This document shows positions 54,701 to 64,000 of a DNA stretch of 64,000 bases, piece after piece. The notes beneath the pieces are model-generated. The model did not search any database, had not been told where the DNA came from, and was given only the letters and a program-made list of their open reading frames with translations. Positions within the stretch are counted from its first letter, which is position 1. Every line of letters begins with the position of its first letter. The position numbers and the translations under genes are program-made. The stretch comes from Lama guanicoe (taxonomy: Eukaryota). Where the stretch lies: contig MU054098.1 of the NCBI GenBank assembly GCA_013239625.1, forward strand, positions 899,568 through 963,567. Reading direction: 5' to 3'.

Positions 54701-56869
54701 AAATGATCATGAAGTTATTCACTGAAGTACCCTAGTGAGAAACATTCACATTGTAATCTAAGTAGCACAACCTGTGAACAACCTGCAAAGACACACATGG
54801 TGGTCCTGGCAAGACTGGCTTCTTGCCGGATGAATGCAGTGAAAGGATAAAGAGAAAGGGGGTGGAGACTATTGTAAAGATAGTAGAATGACAGTCCATG
54901 GAAACTACGCTAGACAGGGAACGAAGTAATGGCAGGAGGGGGAAAGACAAGGGCTAAAGCATACTGGCTGTGCCTGTAAGTTGAAGAACAAGTGTAATGA
55001 ACATTCCCATGGCATGTCTTGTGCACCTCAAGAGAGCAATTCCAATATTCCTTCCAAAGGTCCTAACACTATCCCTGGACCTTACTCATTTTGTGGAATC
55101 ACAGCAGGAAATGTATGGCATGGCATCAAGTCTCAAGAAATTCTCTAGATACCAAGTATGCTTGCAACACGATGAAAACATTAAAGGTACAGCATCTGAA
55201 GAGGAGAATCAAAAAGCAAACAAACTTAAAATGTTTCTTAGCCTCAGAGTTTTAGAATAGAACATCTACATAAATGAGAAAAAGAAACCTGAACTGTCCT
55301 TCAGTTCTATTATTTCCAAATGCTGAATTCCTGTAGTTTCAGAGTTGCAATAATGTGGCAAATGCTTCATTTGTCAAACATACCTCCCAGATAAAATTTG
55401 AACTCCAAGAGGTACATGTTGAATTAAACAATTAAAATAAGTAAAAACAAAAAAAACTGCATTGATTTTTCGGGAGACAAATATAAAATTATTAATCAAA
55501 ATATATGATTAAGTCATCTTTACCAGCTAAATTGGGGGCAATTATTGCTCTGTTGAGATTTATGAATTAATTAATTTTCATAATTTAAATTCTCAGTATG
55601 ATGGTGAAGAGCTATAATAGATCTTGGAAACATGTAATTTAACATCTCATTTTTTAAAATTTATGGTCTAAAACGTTTTGGGTATGTGCCTAAGTAATTA
55701 TTTTTCTGTTTCATTTCATCTGTTCTGCTGTGTGCAAACAGACCATCAACCAAGGATTTCAGTCTATTCCTTTACGTTTAATGGTTCTGGAGTGTCTCAG
55801 ATTAGATTCTGACCCTCTTATTTTTATCCAAGCCATATAAATTATTATCTATGTATTTTCTTCCCTGTTAATCCTAATTTAGAGCCACAGCAAAATAATA
55901 ACTAAAGGGTAAGCAGTTTGGCATAAATCTTTAATTGAAGTCACACAGACCAGAAAAGTCAAGTTGTAATTTCTCTAAAAGAGAAATTGAGTTATTTTGG
56001 TGTCTATGTATTTGTGTGTGTGTCGAACAAAGACCAAAGGTAAAATTTATATTCCTACCTTCAGTCTCTCTCAGAATCTTAACAAAGGCTTGAAAAAGAA
56101 AATGGGAAGCTCTTTTGAAAGAGGTAAAATATTATCATTGGATCTGCTACTGAAGGGCCAGTAAGAAACCCCAAATAAACATTTTGTGTGTGTGTGTAAA
56201 ATGTTTGCGCTCAATCCTATTTGACAACATTCCTCAATGTGTGTTAGAATAATTTGAATGTGTAAACAATAGTTTCCTGGAACATAATAATTTAATCTTC
56301 CTCACCTGTGCCAAATGAATCAAGATATCTGGTTGGTGGGGATAGAAGATCATCATTTAACAACTTCAGAAGATGAGTTTTATATACGTTATTTGCCAAT
56401 TTGTGTATGTATTAGTTTAGAAGGGACTGGAAAACAAATATAACCTTGAGTTTCTCATCTTGGCAGATGCCTACTTCTACAACTTTCCATGACGTTTTTA
56501 TTGTATACAATTAACTTTTCAAGCTGTACTTTTTTCTTAAATGGGGTTTCAAAGAAGCATATAAATGTACAGGTCATTGACCGTATACTAAAATTGAAGA
56601 AAAACCATATATGACAAAGACCTTTCATCCTTCTCTGTGATGCTAGACTCTTTCCTTCTCGGATTTACATTTTTACCCACATAGAAATGTATCTATATGA
56701 CTGCTTTATATACACCTATGTGCACACAGACACACATACGTTTCATTAACTTCAGTGTCCTCTGAGTTTAATCTTTAGTTCAGAGGATGTACAACCGCAA
56801 TTCTTCTAATTTGGAGACATAAACTAGCAGAAGGCAACTGTACTGGAAATCCTAGCTGGAAATCCTACT

Positions 56870-59800
56870 TTATTAAACAAATTTCTTGTTGCTCATCTTT
56901 GGCTTGTTTACATTTTTGTCCATATGTTTGTATGGCATTGTGCCGACTCAAAGTCTGCCGGTTTTACAGATGCACTTACTGTTCAGAAAAGATGGATCCA
57001 GATGGGTTATCTGGATAATGGCATGAATGTTATTACCTTGGAAGAATGCCACCTCTCTGTGATAGACTCACACTAGTAGCCTATGTTTTCTTAATTAGAC
57101 CTGTGGTGTGTCAATGGCTACATATGTAATCTTTCATCATTGGAAGAAATTGGCCATGTATTTCATCATCTCTTCAACACACCTTTGTCTGGAACGCTAA
57201 AAAGTGCATGGAAAAATTGTGAAGAAAGAATTTCTATGTAAGAAAATATTCCTAACTGAGGGAAAGATACATAGTAATCCGCAACAAGTCAAACGATCAA
57301 CGTAGATGATTGTAATAGTAGCTAGCACATGGTCTCCATACTCATAATACATTCTTCAAGGGCTTTCCATTTGGAAGAGGAACAAGGGAGGAATGACCAT
57401 AGATGGACTCTGTATTTATACAATTTGTATGAATCTGAAATGGAGTTCAGCAAGAGCAGAAAATGAAGTTAAGTCTGTTTCACGGTGAAGGTAGAAATAC
57501 AGTGGTGCTGCCAACCTTGCAGGCAACACTGTTGAATCCAACATTTTCCTTAAAGACATTGTATCAAACCATTGAAAGTATTGGATAGTTTGTTTTCTAA
57601 TCTCTCCTAGATCTAATAACTGTTCATGAATATACTGAGAGAGAAACGTCTTTATTTCTTCTAAGGAGTTAGTTTGGTCAGTCTCTACTTTGGCAAATAA
57701 ATGTATCAAATTGCTTTGAGATTTTCTTATCAAATACAGGACTGAATTAAACCAAGTTTATGCACATCCAAGTCAGTTTGAAAACTACAGCAGTAGACTT
57801 TAGTCAAGCTACTCAGTATTGAGGAACAAATGATTAGTAACTGGTCATACACTGGTAACTTGATTTAATTTATTTTTCTATACCTGCCCTAACCCAGCTT
57901 TTTAATATAGATGATTAAATTAGCTCTAACATGTATAATACCTTCTATGAATATCTTATTGAAATAAAATGTTATGTGTACATACTTGTATAAATTAAAG
58001 AGCTTACTTAATTCTCTATCATTTTGACTTATTAATGACTAAAAATTGTATCTATTAATAAATATTAGGGCATTCATGCCTGGACACATCCCCCATTTTG
58101 GACAGGATTGTAGCTGTTTCTCCTGTTTGTTTGAAAAATCTTTTTTTAAAAATGTTCCTCATCTCCAAGCTAAAGACAAAACTGTCACACCATTGTTCAT
58201 AATATAATGTGCCTGTGTATACTGTCATTTACATAAAATTTTATTAGATAATCCATATATTTAACCTCTTATTTGTGCAAAGAACTATTATGACAAAAAT
58301 AACAGTTAATCATTAAGTGATCATGAAATTATATATATATATTAAATGCTTTATATTTATTTTCTTATTTACAATCATAACTTACCTGACACAGTCAGGT
58401 AAAAATTACTGTGGGAGCATACAGAAAAGTTTCATAGAGAAAGTGAAACATAAAGAGTAGAGAATTGTTAAGCATAGAAAGGGAAAAGAGAGTATCATTT
58501 TGATTACACAAATATATTTGCCTTAAAATTTGAAGAAATGGTTAAATTTGTGACTTGCTTGCTTATACGTTTATTTTAAATTGATATGCAGGCCTATAAC
58601 ATAAATTTAATGAACTCTTGTTCTTCATATAATAATTGGGAGAACAATAAAGTGAAAATGATCCAACTGCTGGAAACAATGTCTCCTTCAGTGACTTAAA
58701 AGAATAAAATTTAGTTGCAACTATGAGATAAAAACAAAGCCATGACCAAGTCTCTCTGAACCTTTCATTTTGCTGTAGAATTATGTTTGGGGAAAAATGT
58801 TTTAAAACTCTCCTAATACAAGATTAGTGATTCTCAACTATGGCTGCATGTAAAAAGCTAATCTGGTGGACTTTTCAAACAATAAGGTACCAGGGCCCCA
58901 TCAACAGATATTCTAATGCACAGCCAGAGTTGAGAACCAGTGGTCTAGATTTTATCCTATCGAAAAATATTCTATGCTTGTCAAATGACTTTAGAATTTT
59001 TAGTAAAAGCTATGTATATGTGACATTCAATAGAAGATGTTTATGGAATAGGTTCCTCAAACATGATAAAATCACTCATTTAGATCAACTAAATGGCAAA
59101 GGTAGTAACTGGTAGAGTTTCTTAGGAAGATATCCTTTTTAGTTTCCTATTTTACCAATTTATGGAATACATTTTTTGCGCCTTCCCACCTATATTTGTA
59201 CAAAAGTAAAATGCAATTGCATATTCAAATTGAGAGGCAAGGGTAAATTAGTGGAGTAGGTAGTTCAGATTCTCTCTTGTGTGTTAGTATATGTTGTTCA
59301 ATTGATTGGCAGATAAAAATATGCATCAATTTCTATAAGATTTTTATTCTGAGAAATTGTATCCTGGAAAATTATTTTGTACAAAACCATTAGTCCTCTC
59401 TCTCTTTTTTTTTCCCCTGTGTAAACAACATGACTGCCTCTATAAGGCAAAATAAGCAGATAGAGTTGTCAGCAGCATCAATTCGAATATAGCCTTATTA
59501 TTCACTAATGCTCAACCACCTACTGAGAGGTTAGGGTAGTGAGGCTACAAAATAAATAAATTTAGGCTTGCAATACAGCCAGATGTTTCCTAATATGTTG
59601 TACACACATTCTTGATGTAGTTATTGTAAACAGACCACTTCAGGAGTAAAAATTTTCCCTCAGCATGTGTTAATTCTCTCAGCGCTCCTCTCACAATACT
59701 TACTGGAATGGAAGGAGACACCTGACACTGGCTCAGTCCATTCTATCTCAGAGATAGTATATCTGATTGACAGTGGACTCATTGCCAAGTATTTGGATAC

Positions 59801-62230
59801 TTTTCTGTCAAGGTGATCTACTTGACAATATTGCTAATATTCATTCAGTTTTTCAATCAATGTTATTGATTGCCTTCTATGAGTAAGACATAGTTGATGT
59901 TATAAATTATGATCAAACCTTTAAACACACAGATTTTAGAATCAGGAAGGTGCAGGTTAAATTCCTAGTTCTTCTATTTACTTGCTATGTGTTCTTGACC
60001 AATTTGCTTAAATTATTTGACTTTGTTTCTTCATCTCTAACTCTGAGATTAAAAATAACCACTTAGCTAGGTTTCTGAAAAGATTTGGACAGAAAATGTA
60101 TGTGACCACACATAGCAGAGTTTCTAACACAAAGCAGACATCCAATGAATGTCAAGTTCATTTTTCTCTTGAGAAGTTATCCAGTTTTATGTTAGACAAA
60201 TTTTATTCAACAATTTGATAATTTGTTAAACTAAGTTAAAAAAATTAACAGTATCCTCTACTCACCAGTAATTACATATAAATAAGTATTGTGACCAATT
60301 CCAAATAGGACATGAAAGAATAATTTATTTAGTATAATATGGAAATACTTAAATGAGAAGAAAACACACTAGGAAAAAGTGAACATGAACAAGCAATTCA
60401 AAGAGGAAAAACATTTAGGGATAATAATCATAAAATTAAACAGCCTAACCAAGAATTAAAGATATTATTGGTAAGGATGTCAGAAAAAACCCAATGTATA
60501 TATTTTGGAAGAAGTATAAACTGATGAAATTGAATTTCAATTAAAAGGGATATTTGGCAACATATGTCACATTGTAAAATGCCTATACCCTTTGACTCAG
60601 GAAATTCACTTCCAGAAGTATATTTTATATACTCACAATATAAAAACATATATATGCAAGGATATCCCTTGCAGAAGTGTTTGCAAGAACAAACATTAGA
60701 AGCAACTACATGTCTAACAATAGAGGGTTAATTATATAAGATAAAAAGGTACTTACTTATAAGTTAGGGGTAAATCCAAATCATGTTATATCAATTTAAA
60801 AATATTACTAAACTTATGTTTTTGGAGTATAAATTTTGGCCCTTTAAGAGGTACAATCTAAAATGATCATGTATTATGCAAATATTTCTATAATAAATGT
60901 AATAAAGATATTAAACATTTTAAATTAGAATTAGGCATAAGAAGATATTTTTCTCGAGAGTAAAATAATTATATTTAGTGAAAAATACTCTGCCATGATT
61001 TTAATATTGTAATTAATTTACCCCAACTTAATAACAGAATGTAGCATCCAATGCTTTTATAAAAAAATAAAATTTTAAAAAGTCTGATATGCTAATTAAC
61101 ATTATTTTGGTACTTTTACAGGGTAAGCATCAAATAATTCTTACAGATTGCATCTCTATTTTTGAAATTTAGAGACATATTCATCAAAATGCTTATATTC
61201 TTATAATCTGCTGTATTTACTTAAAGCCAAGTCACATCACCAAAATTTAAATGAAATAAGATTACATTGGGGATATTAGAACACTGGAATTTCAGCTCAT
61301 CCTATATCAAAGGGTTGGAAAGGTTAACACAAATGCAAGACAATTAAATATTTAGTTCCTTGTGTTTTATTTCACAGTATGTGTTCATCTCTGTTGGATT
61401 TGGATAGTAGGGTAGCAGGGAGGGTTAGTTTTGTCTTCTAAAACATGATACTGACCTAGAAGTCATTATGTAAATGTCAAAAGCTAAAAATGTGGTCATA
61501 CAAAATTAATTGTTTCTCACATCCACAGTCCTAAACAGAAAACAGTCCTAGGATAGCTTTCAATTTGATTTCCTATAAACGTTTTCCCACTGTACTTGGT
61601 ATTTGAAACAACTCAGGTGATAATGGAGGGAAAAAAACGGCAGTAAGTGTAGTTTTTTTCCCAGTTCTGTTTCCCTTCCCTCCCCTCCCCTCTCCTCTTC
61701 TCTCCTTTCCTTTCCTTTCCTTATTGCTTTATGGCTGGGATTTTAGAAAGAGATGTTTAATGAGGTTTTCCAGGAAGTATCACTGTTTGTTTTGGGTCAA
61801 AATCGCCCCCCTCCCAAAGCTGGAGGTTGGATTTCAAACAAATTTTGCAATGTTTATCTTTAATGTTCTCAATGGTGTTCCTATGTCTTCTGTCCATCTC
61901 TACCCACGTCTAGTGTCTTGCCTGGTCTGCCAGTGTCTGATCTTGTCACTCTGTCCTACCTTAGTTGTCACTGAGAAGCAGCATTTTTCTTAAAAAAAAA
62001 CAAAACAAAAAGTCCTTCATAATAACTGAAGTGCAGAGGACTTGATGCATTTTGCTTTCTAGCATAAAAGAGGGATACAAAGGAGAACGCAAAGTGTAAC
62101 TCAAAAGTTATAACTACTGAAAGGATCATTTATAATTTCATTGACTGTGGGTAGAATATTTTTTGTGCCCACCAGTTCAACCACAGAAGTAATTAAATTC
62201 CTTTATGCATACATGCAGTCCTTGGGCTAT
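56870..62230 (-). mobile_element. Ancient RTE-X/L4-like LINE ORF2 remnant, copy E (linker, RT, thumb, Zn-knuckle, putative 3'UTR)
   Basis: Ordered motifs: FELHFAFSF (~62079-62105, cf. WxxHFxxLF), ADYKNISILMNMS (61173-61211, cf. NYRPISLL), SGCIASLNLFIL (59548-59583, cf. QGCxLAPxLFxL), AADNSI (59459-59479, cf. YADD), QSIEQ (59294-59308), AIAFYFCTNIGG (59185-59220), ORF 57416-57733, METMC*LLLQS (57309-57341, cf. ETxxHxLLxC), KYMANFF; AATAAA at 56869-56874. Confidence 0.72.
60180..60730 (+). mobile_element. Old L1 ORF2 3'/3'UTR fragment
   Basis: 'cctataccctttgactcaggaaattcacttccagaagtatatt' (cf. L1 PYDPAIPLLGIY region); MIR-like sequence just upstream ~59930-60150. Confidence 0.7.
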
Positions 62231-62249
62231 TACATGCAAGTTTAGTTGT

Positions 62250-63110
62250 ATTTTCTTTTTCAGAATTTATTTTGATGTTCTTGGCTCTTTTAATTTCTAT
62301 ATAGAACTTAGTTTAACAATTTCTGCAAAAATTCCTTCCAGAATTAGGATTTAGGATTGTGTAGAATGTATGGATGATATGGGAAGTGTTAATGTCTTAC
62401 CAATATTGAGATCTTTGGTCCATGAACAAGGTATATAATTCAATTTATTATTATCTCATGTAATTTCTACTTCTATGTAATATTTTGCCATTTTCAGCAT
62501 AGAAGCTTTACATGCATTTTAAAATTGATTCTGAATTTTTTAATCATTTAAAATGATATTAACTGTTCACATTTAATTTCACATTGGTTTATTAAACTTA
62601 TATCCTTCTTCATTGCCTCACTTCTTAGTTCTTGCCATGGTTGTAGATGTATGGGATAATCTGTACATCAGTTGAGACAGTTTTACTTCTTCCTTTCTTC
62701 CTTCTTTCCTCTAGTGGTTTTTAATCCATTTCCTTTTGTTGCTTTTGACTAATGGCTGGTGCCTCCAGGACAAGCTAGACAGCAGTTGTGTGAGCACCCA
62801 TTCTTGCCTTGTTCCCAGTCTGCAGGGGAAAATGTTCACACTTGTACCCTTAAGTACAATATTAGGTTTTCTGTAGATGTTCTTTATCAAATCAAGGGTA
62901 ATTTTTGGAAAGCTTTTTTTTGGGGGGGTGTTGGATTTTTGTCAAATGCTTTTTATTAATCCACTGAAATTATCATATGGTTTTCCCCCTTTAACCCAAT
63001 GATATGCTGATTTGCACTGATTGATTTTCTTTATGAAACATTTCTGGATAAAACATACTCAGCTACAATGTATTATCTTTTTTATGTATTGGTATATTTG
63101 GTTTGCTTTA
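62250..63110 (-). mobile_element. Old L1 ORF2 fragment
   Basis: 'cacccattcttgccttgttcccagtctgcaggggaaaatgttc' and 'tttgtcaaatgctttt' (KAFDK). Confidence 0.75.
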
Positions 63111-64000
63111 ATCCATACTGAAAGCCTCTGCTTTACCTTTCTTTTCACTTTCTGTCTTCTTTTGTGTTAAATTGAATGTTGTTAGCCTGTAGACTGGTCA
63201 GGAAGTCATTGAAATAATTCAGGCAAGAGGTGAAAGCGGCTAGGATCCGTTGGAACTGGAGAAAGGGATCAGACTCTAAATATATTTTTGAGGTAGAATT
63301 AACAATTCTTACGTATGGATTATACATATGTTCGGGAGATAATACCTGAAAAGTGCATAGCACCTGCCTGGAATGTAATAGGTGCTCAAGAGATGTCAGT
63401 TTCCTCTCTTCTATATTCCTAATATACACCCTCAACTCGCGTTAGACTCGTCTCCTAAGTGTTCCCTCAAATACACTATGTTCACTCCTGTCTATTTGCC
63501 TTTGCTCATGTTCAATTTCTGCCTCTTCCATTAACTTGTTTATCCTAAACAATCATTAATAAACAAATAAGTAAATTTTAAATACACACTTAAAAATAAT
63601 AATGTCAACCCCATAATATTCTAAGAGGAGCTTTCCTAAGAAAAGAGTCTCAATATGTTTAAGAAGTTAGAGGCTAAGATGGAAAAAAAAGTTCATTAAA
63701 TCTAAGATTGTGCGTTGACTATGGTGGGAGGGGGTGGTGAGCAAAGCACACAGCACTGCTTCTAAGAGAAGAAAATAAATCTCATGTTTAAAAGACTAGA
63801 TAACCTTGGACTCTGAGTATCAACCCATTAACCCCAGGGAAATCTCTCTCCTCATTCCTGAAACACAGACAATAAGGGAACAGCAGATGACACAACACCC
63901 CGTACCTCCCCTGCAAGTGTGAATTCTTCTCAGTGACCATTGTAGCTGTTCCTGTGGAAGGCAGTGATCAAAGGAGAGTCTCCCAGAGAGCTGAAACAGG

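Noticed and set aside
54997..55260. Plus-strand 87-aa ORF faintly like a LINE ORF1 C-terminus
   Set aside because: Similarity too weak, and opposite in strand to the array
57000..57800. Alternative readings as hAT transposase (TWFNS/LDPSF) or endogenous mononegavirus L
   Set aside because: The similarities are short and isolated, whereas the segment is collinear with upstream RT motifs of copy E

Overview
AT-rich mammalian genomic DNA, most likely camelid (three tRNA-Ala-derived SINEs of Vic-1 type plus camelid-style L1 3' ends). I found no credible protein-coding exon, RNA gene or CpG island. A large part of the window is recognisable L1, with L2, MIR, CR1/L3, MaLR and ERV1 LTRs and MER DNA transposons. 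The main observation concerns the apparently unique DNA between these repeats. Hand translation of the minus strand shows it is mostly decayed ORF2 (APE endonuclease, RT, thumb, C-terminal Zn-knuckle region) of an ancient RTE-X/L4-like LINE. It is present as at least five co-oriented, head-to-tail copies (~4.5-8.3, 12.8-18.1, 26.4-31.8, 40.8-51.6 and 56.9-62.2 kb), each with motifs in the correct order and split by younger insertions. The motifs were read by eye across stops and frameshifts, so family assignment, copy number and boundaries need HMM confirmation. Smaller observations: a strong CTCF core plus upstream motif, a twin-primed L1, an L1 3' transduction, and an ERV1 solo LTR with TSD.
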